A DNA stretch of 32,000 nt from Psychrobacter cryohalolentis K5. GTDB lineage: Bacteria; Pseudomonadota; Gammaproteobacteria; Pseudomonadales; Moraxellaceae. Positions 20,239-29,792 of the stretch are shown here, piece by piece (positions within the stretch are counted from its first letter, which is position 1; each line of letters begins with the position of its first letter). The notes under the pieces were generated by a model that was not told the DNA's origin, did not search any database, and saw only the letters and a list, made by a program, of their open reading frames with translations. The stretch lies in the NCBI RefSeq assembly GCF_000013905.1, contig NC_007969.1, positions 1-32,000 of the forward strand, written 5' to 3'. The translations under genes and the position numbers were made by a program.

Positions 20239-20494
20239 AGTAAATTTAACCTATCTATTTATAATCACGGTTTGAGTGTCGCTACTGTGGCTATCTCATT
20301 GTCCATAATCAGGCAATGAGGATATTATTCTTTATCGAATTAGCATATCACAAATGATCTGATTATTTGATATATACTAAACATTAGTAGAATAATTAAA
20401 AAATAGACAATAATAAACGTATATCTAACCGCCACTACATTCGTGAAACTTGTTAAAATAGCGCACCAATTTATTTATTGATGGACACTACGTT

Positions 20495-22090
20495 ATGACA
20501 ACTGCTGCCAACGTTCCTACTATTAAAGAAGATCGCATCTTAATTCTCGATTTTGGCTCGCAGTACAGCCAGCTTATCGCCCGCCGTGTCCGTGATTCAG
20601 GCGTATTCTGTGAGATGTTCCCTTATGATATCGACACTCAGCGCATCATCGATTTTGGCGCAAAAGGCGTTATCTTATCTGGTGGTCCTGAGAGCGTCCA
20701 CGCAGATGACAGCCCACGCATCAACGATGCTGTATTTGATATAGGCGTACCAGTATTAGGTATCTGCTATGGTATGCAAGCGATGGCAGAGCGTTTCGGT
20801 GGTAAAGTTCACGCCAGTGATATCCATGAATTTGGCGCAGCAACCATCAATATCGATGGCAAATCAACGCTGACTGATGGTATCGAAGACGCAGCAGCGA
20901 AGCTAAATGTCTGGATGAGTCATGGCGATAAAGTAGTCGACGCCCCACAAGGTTTCGATATCGTCGCCAGTACGCCAAGCTGCCCGATTGCGATCATGGC
21001 AGATGATTCGCGCCATTATTATGGGCTACAGTTCCATCCTGAAGTGACGCATACCGCACAAGGTCAGGCATTGCTAGGACGTTTTGTCCATCAAATCTGT
21101 GACTGCGCGGGTAGCTGGACGCCTGATAACATCATCGATATGCGTATCGAGCAACTCAAAAAGCAAATCGGTGATAAGCAAGTATTGCTAGGTCTTTCAG
21201 GTGGTGTAGACAGCTCAGTTGTCGCAGCATTATTGCATAAAGCCATCGGCGATCAATTAACGTGCGTGTTTGTCGATACTGGTCTGCTTCGTCTGCATGA
21301 AGGCGATCAAGTGATGCAAATTTTTGCAGAAAACATGGGCGTAAAAGTCATTCGTGTTGATGCCGAAGAGTTATTCTTAACGGCATTGGCTGGCGAGTCT
21401 GATCCAGAAGCCAAGCGTAAAATCATCGGTAAAACCTTTATCGATGTATTTGCCAATAGTGCTCGTGAAGTCAGCGAGCAGAGCGATGGTAAAGTCATCG
21501 AATTCTTAGCGCAAGGTACGATTTATCCAGACGTGATTGAATCTGCCAAGTCGCATCAAGGTAAAGCGCACGTCATTAAGAGTCATCATAACGTTGGTGG
21601 TTTGCCAGATGATTTAGCGTTTGAATTGGTTGAGCCGTTACGTGATTTGTTCAAAGATGAAGTACGTAAATTGGGTATTACCCTAGGTTTGCCTGCCAAA
21701 ATGATTAACCGTCATCCGTTCCCAGGACCGGGTTTGGGCGTGCGTATCTTGGGCAAAGTGACCAAAGAGTTTGCTGATATCCTACGTTCTGCTGATGCTA
21801 TCTTTATGGAAGAGCTTGAGCGTTCAGGTTGGTATGAGAAAACCGCGCAAGCATTTGCGGTATTCCAACCAATCAAATCGGTTGGTGTGGTCGGTGATGG
21901 TCGCCGCTATGCGTGGGTGATTGCGCTACGTGCCGTTGAGACTGTTGACTTTATGACCGCACGCTTTGCGCATCTGCCGTATGATTTGATTGAAACGGTA
22001 TCGAATCGAATCATGAACGAAATCGCTGAAGTTTCACGCGTGACTTATGATGTGTCGAGCAAGCCACCTGCGACGATTGAGTGGGAATAA
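20495..22090 (+). CDS. guaA: GMP synthase (glutamine-hydrolysing)
   Basis: The 531 aa include [26 protein letters not shown] (GATase catalytic Cys), [11 protein letters not shown] (PP-loop), and the C-terminal TIEWE. Confidence 0.98.
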   Translation: MTTAANVPTIKEDRILILDFGSQYSQLIARRVRDSGVFCEMFPYDIDTQRIIDFGAKGVILSGGPESVHADDSPRINDAVFDIGVPVLGICYGMQAMAERFGGKVHASDIHEFGAATINIDGKSTLTDGIEDAAAKLNVWMSHGDKVVDAPQGFDIVASTPSCPIAIMADDSRHYYGLQFHPEVTHTAQGQALLGRFVHQICDCAGSWTPDNIIDMRIEQLKKQIGDKQVLLGLSGGVDSSVVAALLHKAIGDQLTCVFVDTGLLRLHEGDQVMQIFAENMGVKVIRVDAEELFLTALAGESDPEAKRKIIGKTFIDVFANSAREVSEQSDGKVIEFLAQGTIYPDVIESAKSHQGKAHVIKSHHNVGGLPDDLAFELVEPLRDLFKDEVRKLGITLGLPAKMINRHPFPGPGLGVRILGKVTKEFADILRSADAIFMEELERSGWYEKTAQAFAVFQPIKSVGVVGDGRRYAWVIALRAVETVDFMTARFAHLPYDLIETVSNRIMNEIAEVSRVTYDVSSKPPATIEWE

Positions 22091-22116
22091 TTCTCCGCTT
22101 GATATTCAGATGAAAT

Positions 22117-22150
22117 AAAAAAAGCACTCAACTTGGTTGGGTGTTTTTTT
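22117..22150. terminator. Bidirectional terminator (guaA / SRA-HNH gene convergent)
   Basis: AAAAAAAGCACTCAAC-ttg-GTTGGGTGTTTTTTT. The stem includes G-U pairs and both strands have T-runs. Confidence 0.8.
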
Positions 22151-22168
22151 AGTTTAAAATTAAGTGTT

Positions 22169-23017
22169 TTACTCACTAAATTCTGCTTCGATAGCAGCAA
22201 CTTTGTTTATTAACTGATTATTAAATTCTAAATGATTTAAAGAGTAGTGAGCTTTTCGATGACAGGTAGGGCACAATGCGATGACGTTTTGAGGTAAGTC
22301 CGCACCACCATCTGCCAACCTAGTTAGATGATGGACTTCGAGATAAGGTCCAGATTTAGTTTCAAATGGAGCTATCTCATTACATCCCTCGCATATACCA
22401 TTAGCTCTTTTTTTGGCATACAGTTTAATTGCTGTACTACGGTTTTGAATAGATTGAATTTTTTCTTGAGTGCTTGCGTGGGTTGGTGTTGAACTTAAGG
22501 CAATCTCTCGTAGTTGCTGTAATGACTTACCTTTACTAGGCTTAGTGACATAAACGGCTTTAGGGGCTTCAACTAGTTTAGAAGTCAGAGTTTGAGCTTT
22601 ATCAATATTTTTAGTATTAACTATATCTAGATGAAAAACGATAGCGTCACGAAGCTCGCTATTTCTATCTGGCCGTTCTTCAATATGATGAAAAATGTAA
22701 TTGCAATACCCTAAAAATCGTACAAATCCTCGTGATGTTGATTCGAAAAGTAGGATTTCTTTATTGTTTCTTTGATGGTCATGAATTGCCAAATTACCTT
22801 TGGTCATTTTCATGTCACCTTCTTGCCCTTCACCAGTATATTTAAACGTGCCGTTAGGATCAAAATCATCAATATAACCATACTCACCACCAGCATCGCC
22901 GGTGAAAATAAATATATATGGATGCTCGGCAGGCGTTGCTATACCACCATATTGTTGCCCTTTATATATACCGTGTATATCAGAACGACGGTTATAAATT
23001 TCTCCTATTTCAAACAC
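22169..23017 (-). CDS. SRA(YDG)-like domain + HNH nuclease; predicted type IV modification-dependent restriction endonuclease
   Basis: The C-terminus is CEGCN...EVHHLTRLADGGADLPQNVIALCPTCHRKAH, a Zn-ribbon HNH (beta-beta-alpha-Me). The N-terminus GGIATPAEHPYIFIFTGDAGGEYGYIDDFDPNGTFKYTGEGQEGDMKMTKGNLAI resembles the SRA pattern (..SGGYeDD.D.G..f.YTG.GG....Q....N.AL). It uses a GTG start at 23017 with a strong AAGGAAG Shine-Dalgarno 5 nt upstream. The gene is visibly AT-rich compared with guaA. Confidence 0.75.
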   Translation of the reverse strand: MFEIGEIYNRRSDIHGIYKGQQYGGIATPAEHPYIFIFTGDAGGEYGYIDDFDPNGTFKYTGEGQEGDMKMTKGNLAIHDHQRNNKEILLFESTSRGFVRFLGYCNYIFHHIEERPDRNSELRDAIVFHLDIVNTKNIDKAQTLTSKLVEAPKAVYVTKPSKGKSLQQLREIALSSTPTHASTQEKIQSIQNRSTAIKLYAKKRANGICEGCNEIAPFETKSGPYLEVHHLTRLADGGADLPQNVIALCPTCHRKAHYSLNHLEFNNQLINKVAAIEAEFSE

Positions 23018-23144
23018 TATGACTTCCTTGTTATTTACATTAAGGGAATAGAATATACTTAAGTTCGCTATAAATAATAGTTTCTATGCTTCTTATTGTT
23101 AATTTCAACCTTATACAATAATAAAAATTCTTCTGGTATTCTTC

Positions 23145-23185
23145 AAATAAAAAAGCGGCGCTCTTCAAAACAAAGAACACCGCCG
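23145..23185 (-). terminator. Rho-independent terminator of the YhdH-like gene
   Basis: The minus strand reads GGCGGTGTTCTTTGTTTTGAAGAGCGCCGCTTTTTTATTTG, a hairpin with G-U pairs followed by a T-run. Confidence 0.7.
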
Positions 23186-23218
23186 ATGCTAATATAGTTT
23201 AACTTCTAAACCAAAACC

Positions 23219-24223
23219 CTAACCCTTAACATTCACCACATAACGCCCGACCGTTTTACTCGCCATAAAGCGATCCAAGTATTCTGGCGTTTGCTCAAGC
23301 GTAATCTCTTCACCATAACTCTCAAGATTAGGCAACTTCATATCAGTAGCAACGCGCTCCCAGATAGCCTTTTTATCAGCTAGTGGAATATAGACCGAGT
23401 CGATACCCAATAGCGACACCGCACGGGTGATAAAAGGTATCACTGACATTGAAAACTCAGCACCGCTCGCCAAACCACAAGAGGTGACTGCGCCGCCAGC
23501 TTTGGTTTGCTTAAGTAGGTTCGCCAAATAATCGCCGCCAATGGTATCAATAGCATTTGCCCACAGTTCACGACCGGCAGGTTTATCTCCGACCTCGTTA
23601 ATGGTATCGCGATGACGGACTTCACTCGCACCAAGCTCTTTTAAATAGTCACTTTGCTCAGGCTTACCAGAGAAGGCAATAATCTCATAGCCTAGCTGAC
23701 TTAATATCGCGATGCTGATACTACCGACACCGCCCGTTGCGCCAGTGACGGCGACTGGACCATCTTCAGGTTTTGCGCCCATTTTTTCTAGCTTTTGGAT
23801 ACTTAATGCAGCGGTTAAGCCGCCAGTACCATATATCATCGCTTCTTTTAATGTCAAAGAAGATGGGCATTCGACTGCCCAATCAGCAGGGATAGAGATC
23901 ATTTGACTTAAGCCACCATCGGTATCCATGCCCAAATCATAACCAAAGACCACGACTTCTTGGCCTGCGGTAAACGTGCCAGACTTATCACTGACCACCA
24001 CGCCTGCCGCATCAATACCAGGGGTATGCGGATAGTTTTTGGTGATTCTTTTATTACCTGATGCCGACATGGCATCTTTGAAGTTTAGTGATGAGTAATG
24101 TACTTCGATTAATAAATCGTTTTCAGGTAAGTCACTGACGCTGCGCTGTTGAATACTTTTACTAAAAGTGCCATCAGCATGTTCTTCGACGACCAAAGCT
24201 TTAAACGTTGTTTGTTTAGACAT
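23219..24223 (-). CDS. YhdH/AcuI-type NADPH-dependent MDR oxidoreductase (acrylyl-CoA reductase-like)
   Basis: MSKQTTFKALVVEE....DLLIEVHYSSLNFKDAMSASGN..ITKNYPHTPGIDAAGVV and VTGATGGVGS are typical of the YhdH subfamily. The start is placed at MSKQ (24223), which has an AGGAA Shine-Dalgarno. The track begins at 24262. Confidence 0.82.
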   Translation of the reverse strand: MSKQTTFKALVVEEHADGTFSKSIQQRSVSDLPENDLLIEVHYSSLNFKDAMSASGNKRITKNYPHTPGIDAAGVVVSDKSGTFTAGQEVVVFGYDLGMDTDGGLSQMISIPADWAVECPSSLTLKEAMIYGTGGLTAALSIQKLEKMGAKPEDGPVAVTGATGGVGSISIAILSQLGYEIIAFSGKPEQSDYLKELGASEVRHRDTINEVGDKPAGRELWANAIDTIGGDYLANLLKQTKAGGAVTSCGLASGAEFSMSVIPFITRAVSLLGIDSVYIPLADKKAIWERVATDMKLPNLESYGEEITLEQTPEYLDRFMASKTVGRYVVNVKG

Positions 24224-24309
24224 AAGGCTATTCCTAATTGGATTTTTTATGTAGATATCCATTTGTGAGTAGAGAAAAATGCTCGAAACCTTAAGATATA
24301 AAATGAATC

Positions 24310-25287
24310 TTAAGGTTTTAACAGTACCTTACCGTTTTTTTCTGACTGCATTTTCCCGTCAACTGCTTTTAAGATATCAGCCAAATCAAAGGTCGCTTCA
24401 ACGGGCAGTTTTAAATTGCCATTGTTAGCACGCTCGATCAGCTCATCAACCAAGCGTTGCTTATTCTCAACGCTCATTTCTTGACTGATTTTACTGCCCC
24501 AAAAGCCTTTAATCGTCGCTTGTTTAAAAATAATGTGGGTTGGATTTAGCACCATTGGTTTGCCTGACATGATGCCAAACGATGCTAATGTGCCACCATG
24601 ACCCAGTAATGCCAGCAGATCATTACTAGACTCACCACCGATAGAATCAACCGCAGCACTGATTTTTTCATCACCAAGGATGGCTTTTACTTGATCTTTC
24701 CAGTCGTCATCTGAGGTGTTGATATTATGCTTGATGCCCAGTGCTTTTAATTCCTCGATAGCATCGCCACTTCTCACGACATTAATGGTGTTAATACCAC
24801 GTGCGGCAGCTAGCATGGCGAGTGATTTGCCGACCGCGCCATTGGCAGCATTATGGATAACCCACTGACCGCTTTTTAGTTCTAAGAACTCAATCAGCAT
24901 CAGCGCGCTCAGTGGCATTGCAATCAATTGTGCTGCCATTTCGTCATCTAAGCTGTCGGGCATCGGGAATACCATATCTTCCACAGCGACGAAATACTCT
25001 GCCCACGTCGCTTGTACACTGGCGGCTGCGACACGCTGACCGACTTTTAGATTCTTAACATCACTGCCTACTGCATCGATGATACCGACCGCTTCACTAC
25101 CACCGATGGCAGGCATTTCAGGTTTAAAGCCATATTGACCGCGAATGGTTAGTAGGTCATGGTTGTGGATAGAGGCGAGTATCGTTTTGACTCGGACTTC
25201 ATTGGCTTTAGGCTCTGGAGTAGGGCGGTCGCCGATGCTGAGTACTTCAGTGGGTTTGCCAAAATGATCATAAGTTGCGCTACGCAT
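24310..25287 (-). CDS. Zinc-independent MDR family quinone oxidoreductase / enoyl reductase-like protein
   Basis: The 325 aa include VRVKTILASIHNHDLLTIRGQYG, GSEAVGIIDAVG and NAANGAVGKSL (Rossmann motif). A strong AAGGA Shine-Dalgarno precedes the start. Confidence 0.8.
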   Translation of the reverse strand: MRSATYDHFGKPTEVLSIGDRPTPEPKANEVRVKTILASIHNHDLLTIRGQYGFKPEMPAIGGSEAVGIIDAVGSDVKNLKVGQRVAAASVQATWAEYFVAVEDMVFPMPDSLDDEMAAQLIAMPLSALMLIEFLELKSGQWVIHNAANGAVGKSLAMLAAARGINTINVVRSGDAIEELKALGIKHNINTSDDDWKDQVKAILGDEKISAAVDSIGGESSNDLLALLGHGGTLASFGIMSGKPMVLNPTHIIFKQATIKGFWGSKISQEMSVENKQRLVDELIERANNGNLKLPVEATFDLADILKAVDGKMQSEKNGKVLLKP

Positions 25288-25426
25288 GATAAATCCTTTT
25301 TTTAGTTTTTAGATATTTGTCTAAGAAGTGAATTGATTTGCAACCATCAACAGTAACAACTCTGCTTACCAGTTATCAGTACTTGTTTGGTTAAGGAACG
25401 TTGTTATGTACTTATTATCGTATGAC

Positions 25427-25681
25427 TTAGTAAAACTCAATCCGACTAAGCACGTGCTCTTGTACCAGATACGCACAGATATAGGCGCTCGGCCACGCAA
25501 AGACAAAGGCCAGCACCCACGAGTGCATTAATTCCATAAAGAAGCCATCGACGAACCCTACTTTAACCAGTAATAAAGCGGATGAGATAATAAGTGACAT
25601 CATCAGCGCCATCAGACCAGTAAAGATAAGACGGTAGTACTTGCGCCGCGCGCGTATTCTGATAATAGGGAAGTTTGCCAT
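25427..25681 (-). CDS. Small two-TM membrane protein, DUF2798-like
   Basis: 84 aa with a basic N-terminus followed by two hydrophobic helices (LIFTGLMALMMSLIISSALLLV and WVLAFVFAWPSAYICAYLV). The family assignment is from memory of DUF2798 architecture and is not verified. Confidence 0.55.
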   Translation of the reverse strand: MANFPIIRIRARRKYYRLIFTGLMALMMSLIISSALLLVKVGFVDGFFMELMHSWVLAFVFAWPSAYICAYLVQEHVLSRIEFY

Positions 25682-25933
25682 AATGTTGAATTTTCCTACA
25701 TGATAATAGTGAGGCTCAATGAACGATGATGAATAGCATTATGAGGCGTCGTTATTGACTATCATAGCGTATGCTGGTGAGTGGATAAAATCGTTGTTAT
25801 TAATAGTGACGTTCGTTACATTTTAATGATCGTTATTTCTTTTCTAATAATGAAAATATTCTAAATATTGGCAAATTAAAGCTGAACTTTTGCTACGATA
25901 AGTAAGATTGAAATACATATAAAGAGTAATAGT

Positions 25934-26653
25934 ATGACCGTTCAAAAGCAGCGAACCTTAGGTATCATCGGTGGAATGAGTTGGGAAAGTACCCAAAGCT
26001 ATTATCGGCTGATTAATGAAGGTATCAAGGCTAAACTTGGCAACTTACATTCAGCAGACTTATTGATTCATAGTGTCGACTTTGCGCCAATTGGCGAGCT
26101 ACAAGCCCAAGGCAAGTGGGAAGAGTTGGGTGATATCATGGTAAACAGTGGTAAGCGCTTACAAGCGGCTGGTGCCCAAGGTTTATTAATTGCGACCAAT
26201 ACCATGCATAAAGTAGCAGAGCAGGTACAAGTGGCGACGAATTTGCCACTGATACATATTGCAGATACGACCGCAGATGCGATTAAGCAGCAAGGTTTAA
26301 CCAAGATTGCCTTACTCGGTACACAATTCACCATGACTGAGGACTTTTATAAACAGTGTCTGATGGATGCGGGCTTGCAGGTGCTGATACCAGATACCGA
26401 TGCGCGTGTCGAAGTCCATCGCATCATCTATGATGAGCTGTGCCAAGGACAATTGCTTGCCAGCTCACGGCAATATTATACGCAAGTGATTAATGAGTTA
26501 GCGGCACAAGGCGCTGAGGGCGCGATATTAGGCTGTACCGAGATTGGACTGTTAATTAGCCAAGCAGACAGTCCAATCCCTGTGTTTGATACCACCGCTA
26601 TCCATGCAGCCGCAGCGGTACAGTTTTTATTAGGTAATGAAAATTTTAGTTAA
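25934..26653 (+). CDS. Aspartate/glutamate racemase family protein (aspartate racemase-like)
   Basis: The 239 aa include LGIIGGMSWESTQSYY, IATNTMH and ILGCTEIGLL, the two catalytic-site blocks of the Asp/Glu racemase family. Confidence 0.85.
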   Translation: MTVQKQRTLGIIGGMSWESTQSYYRLINEGIKAKLGNLHSADLLIHSVDFAPIGELQAQGKWEELGDIMVNSGKRLQAAGAQGLLIATNTMHKVAEQVQVATNLPLIHIADTTADAIKQQGLTKIALLGTQFTMTEDFYKQCLMDAGLQVLIPDTDARVEVHRIIYDELCQGQLLASSRQYYTQVINELAAQGAEGAILGCTEIGLLISQADSPIPVFDTTAIHAAAAVQFLLGNENFS

Positions 26654-26743
26654 AGGTAAAACCAGTTTCGGTATTTGCAGTAGTAGGTAAGTATGATGAA
26701 TAATGTACTCGCCCATGCTAATGAGTAAAAGCCGCCCGACTAG

Positions 26744-26771
26744 GCGTTATACATAGATATATGTATAACGC
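26744..26771. terminator. Perfect 12-bp hairpin between convergent racemase and MATE genes
   Basis: GCGTTATACATA-gata-TATGTATAACGC. The right arm abuts the annotated MATE stop codon (26771..26773). There is no strong T-run, so it may be a terminator or a protein-binding site. Confidence 0.5.
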
Positions 26772-28345
26772 TATTGTCGTTTATTCTTTTTTATCACACG
26801 GAGTCTATGAAGATGAAGTCTTCTATGAAGTCGTCGATGCAACCTTGTGATACGGCGCAAAGGTGACAGCTTCCATACAGTCGTCGGTACAAGATCTCGA
26901 AACGACGCACTGGTGCCTGTATGCGCGCGAAACTCCTCAGACCTTTGCGCAGCTTCCTCTGCGGGCAAGTGTTTGCCTTTGCGCCATCCGCCGTACAAAT
27001 ATAGTCCTGCTCCCATCACGGCGGTTGCCACCATGCCTGCTGGAAAGGATAGCCAAAGGGCATCGGTTCCAAGTAGAGGATAAAGCCCGAAAGCAAATCC
27101 AAGACGTACTGGATACATCGAAATGACCATGACAATCAGCGGCCAAATCACATAACCGTTTGCACGCATGGTGCCAAACAAAACCTGTGCTATCCCAAAA
27201 AAGATAAAACCCCATGTCGCCATTAGCTGAATATGACGCCCAATCGGCACCGCTTCACTGTCACTGCCAAGGAACAAGCCCAGAATGGTCTCATCAAAAA
27301 TGGTTAGCAGTATGATAATAAAACCGGTCAATGTCAGATTAAAAATCAGTCCCCAGCGTGTGATCCCTGCGATTCGGTGCCATTGATTGGCACCGATGTT
27401 CTGTGCAACCATCGCACTGGCCGCAGCACTTAGCGCCATTGCTGGCATCTGCACGTAGGTCCAAAGCTGCTGGGTTGCGCTATAAGCGGCTGTGGTCTGC
27501 ACACCTTCGCGATTAATCAGCGATAACATTGTTAATGCTGCCGAAGAGATAACAATCATCTGTAGACCCATCGGCAAACCCTTTGAAAACATCGACTTCA
27601 GGATGTCTCGGTCTGCGCGCAAAAAGCGAAGCTCCGGCAACTTAAGCGTCAGCACAGAGCCACGCAGATACATAGTGGCTAACATGCCAATAAGCGCTAG
27701 CGTATTTGCGACGGCTGTTGCAAAAGCCGAGCCAAATATGCCCCACTCGGGAAATGGTCCTAGACCCAAAATCAGTGTCGGCGTCAAAATAAGGTCAATC
27801 ACGACCGATATAATGATAAACCAAAGCGGCGTCGTCGAATCGCCCGTCCCACGCAGTGCCATCATTATCAGCGTAAACGTAAGTGTGACAGGCATCGCAA
27901 TAAAAATCATGCGCAGATAGGTTAGGGCAAGCTCTACAGCACTTGCCGGCGTACCAAGCAGCTCAAGCAGCATCGGCGCAAATATCCACCCTACTGCCGA
28001 CACTATTACGCTTATCGGAATAATGCTGCCCAGCGCCGTGCCCATGGTTTTCTTAACCATAGCGTTGTCACGGCTGCCCATTGCCTGACCAATCAAAATA
28101 GTAGACGCCATACCGAAACCAAACACGAAGGAGATCAGTATAAACATCAAGATATTGCCGTTGGCTGTCGCTGCTAACGCTTCCTCACCCAAAAATCGAC
28201 CCACCCAGACAGCATTGATCGAGCCGTTTAATGACTGTAATGCAGATGACCCAAGGGTTGGTAATGCAAATAAGAGCATGGTTTTCGGGATCGAGCCTTG
28301 GGTGAGGTCACGCCGTTTACCAATGGAGGTATCTGTTTTACTCAA
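26771..28345 (-). CDS. MATE-family multidrug/sodium efflux transporter
   Basis: The 524 aa have the MATE N-terminus (IPKTMLLFALPTLGSSALQSLNGSINAVWVGRFLGEEALAA) and ~12 TM segments. The unusually long (~75 aa) basic C-terminal tail ends RRITRLHRRLHRRLHLHRLRVIKKNKRQ, so the 3' boundary is less certain. Confidence 0.85.
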   Translation of the reverse strand: MSKTDTSIGKRRDLTQGSIPKTMLLFALPTLGSSALQSLNGSINAVWVGRFLGEEALAATANGNILMFILISFVFGFGMASTILIGQAMGSRDNAMVKKTMGTALGSIIPISVIVSAVGWIFAPMLLELLGTPASAVELALTYLRMIFIAMPVTLTFTLIMMALRGTGDSTTPLWFIIISVVIDLILTPTLILGLGPFPEWGIFGSAFATAVANTLALIGMLATMYLRGSVLTLKLPELRFLRADRDILKSMFSKGLPMGLQMIVISSAALTMLSLINREGVQTTAAYSATQQLWTYVQMPAMALSAAASAMVAQNIGANQWHRIAGITRWGLIFNLTLTGFIIILLTIFDETILGLFLGSDSEAVPIGRHIQLMATWGFIFFGIAQVLFGTMRANGYVIWPLIVMVISMYPVRLGFAFGLYPLLGTDALWLSFPAGMVATAVMGAGLYLYGGWRKGKHLPAEEAAQRSEEFRAHTGTSASFRDLVPTTVWKLSPLRRITRLHRRLHRRLHLHRLRVIKKNKRQ

Positions 28346-28604
28346 TGTTTATCCTTTTGCGCTATGCAGGGCTGACTAAACAAAAGCGCTTATCATAAAC
28401 CAGAAAGCATCTACCGTCTTTATTAGAGCTGTAACCCCTCGGCAAACGCTATGATTATTTGCCTGTCATTTTTTTAGGCGATTGTCGAGCAATTTATAGG
28501 GGAAGGGTGGTTATTATAAGTTCTTAAACTTAAAATACTCTTGTGCTAGGATGATGCTTTTTGCTTCTTACTTCATTTTTCTAGTTTTCAAAAAGGATAT
28601 TTCG

Positions 28605-29552
28605 ATGCTATTAAAACGCCTAGGCCTTGCCACTTTGTTAAGCTTTTCAGTCGTTGGTTGTACCACAGCGCCCAATACCTTGGCGATAAATACCACCCAA
28701 AAGATTATTCAGTATGAACGCTCAAAATCAGACCTTACGACTCAGTCATTTACGTTAAGCTCTGGCGATAAAATAGTCTATGCAGAAAACGGTAATGTCG
28801 CGGGCGAGCCTTTATTATTGGTTCATGGCTTTGGCGGTAATAAAGACAACTTTACCCGTATCGCTCGGCAGTTAGAGAACTATAATCTGATCATTCCTGA
28901 TTTGCTCGGCTTTGGTGACTCTAGTAAACCGATGGCGGCTGACTATCACTCGGAGGCGCAAGCGACGCGCTTACACGAGCTACTGCAAGCTAAAGGCTTG
29001 GCATCTAGCATTCATGTCGGTGGCAACTCAATGGGTGGCGCTATCAGTGTTGCTTATGCTGCGAAGTATCCTAAAGAAGTCAAAAGTCTGTGGCTAATAG
29101 ATAGTGCGGGCTTTTGGTCAGCGGGTGTGCCGAAATCCTTAGAAAGTGCAACTCTCGAGAACAATCCGCTATTGGTCGATAAGAAGGAAGACTTTTATGC
29201 TATGTATGACTTTGTTATGTCTAAGCCGCCTTATATTCCTAAGTCTGTAAAAGCCGTATTCGCGCAAGAGCGTATCGCTAATAAAGCATTAGAATCCAAA
29301 ATACTCGCGCAAATAGTTGAAGACAATGTTGAGCAGCGTGCCAAGGTTATCACTGAATATAATATTCCAACACTAGTCGTTTGGGGTGAGGAGGATAAGG
29401 TCATCAAGCCTGAAACCGTGACGCTAATAAAAGAAATCATCCCACAATCACAAGTGATTACGATGCCAAAAATCGGTCATGTACCGATGATAGAAGCGGT
29501 GAAAGATACGGCGAATGATTATAAAGCGTTTCGTGAAGGGTTAAAGAACTAG
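28605..29552 (+). CDS. lip1: Secreted/lipoprotein alpha/beta-hydrolase lipase, Psychrobacter Lip1-like
   Basis: MLLKRLGLATLLSFSVVGC is a signal peptide plus lipobox. The oxyanion motif is HGFGG, the nucleophile elbow is GNSMGG, and the C-terminal catalytic His is in IGHVPM. I recall the sequence as very similar to the cold-active lipase 1 of Psychrobacter immobilis. The start is placed at ATG 28605, which has an AAGGAT Shine-Dalgarno. Confidence 0.85.
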   Translation: MLLKRLGLATLLSFSVVGCTTAPNTLAINTTQKIIQYERSKSDLTTQSFTLSSGDKIVYAENGNVAGEPLLLVHGFGGNKDNFTRIARQLENYNLIIPDLLGFGDSSKPMAADYHSEAQATRLHELLQAKGLASSIHVGGNSMGGAISVAYAAKYPKEVKSLWLIDSAGFWSAGVPKSLESATLENNPLLVDKKEDFYAMYDFVMSKPPYIPKSVKAVFAQERIANKALESKILAQIVEDNVEQRAKVITEYNIPTLVVWGEEDKVIKPETVTLIKEIIPQSQVITMPKIGHVPMIEAVKDTANDYKAFREGLKN

Positions 29553-29649
29553 TCATTTACATATGATATTTTAAGGCGTAAATGATCCAACGTTTGATTA
29601 GATATGAGCTGTAGTCAGTCCTAAATAAAAGAAATACAAACATTATAAG

Positions 29650-29725
29650 GTGCTACTGGTATCAATTTTTGTTGCTTACTGTGCTTACGCAGACAGAGGC
29701 TGCGAATAATTAATCCCAGTAGCAC
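29650..29725 (+). repeat. Hairpin-forming intergenic repeat element, copy D
   Basis: GTGCTACTGGTATCAATTTTT...CTGTGCTTACGCAGACAGAGGCTGCGAATAATTAATCCCAGTAGCAC. The outer 10 bp are perfectly complementary. It lies between the convergent lipase and nitronate monooxygenase genes. Confidence 0.88.
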
Positions 29726-29792
29726 TGTATTCTTTTAAAACTGTATCTACTCTATTGTAGGCTGAGTTAAAAATCAGCCTACGTCGATCAAA

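Noticed and set aside
22091-23218. Looked for integrase, transposase, tRNA or direct repeats of the guaA 3' end that would delimit a genomic island around the SRA-HNH gene.
   Set aside because: None were found by eye. Only a weak GGGAATA similarity near 23048 is present, so calling a bounded mobile element is not justified.
23219-25681. Two tandem MDR oxidoreductases plus a small DUF2798-like membrane protein as a possible novel module.
   Set aside because: These are common, individually ubiquitous detoxification and redox genes with native-looking composition and separate Shine-Dalgarno sites and intergenic gaps. Nothing in the sequence suggests a dedicated system.
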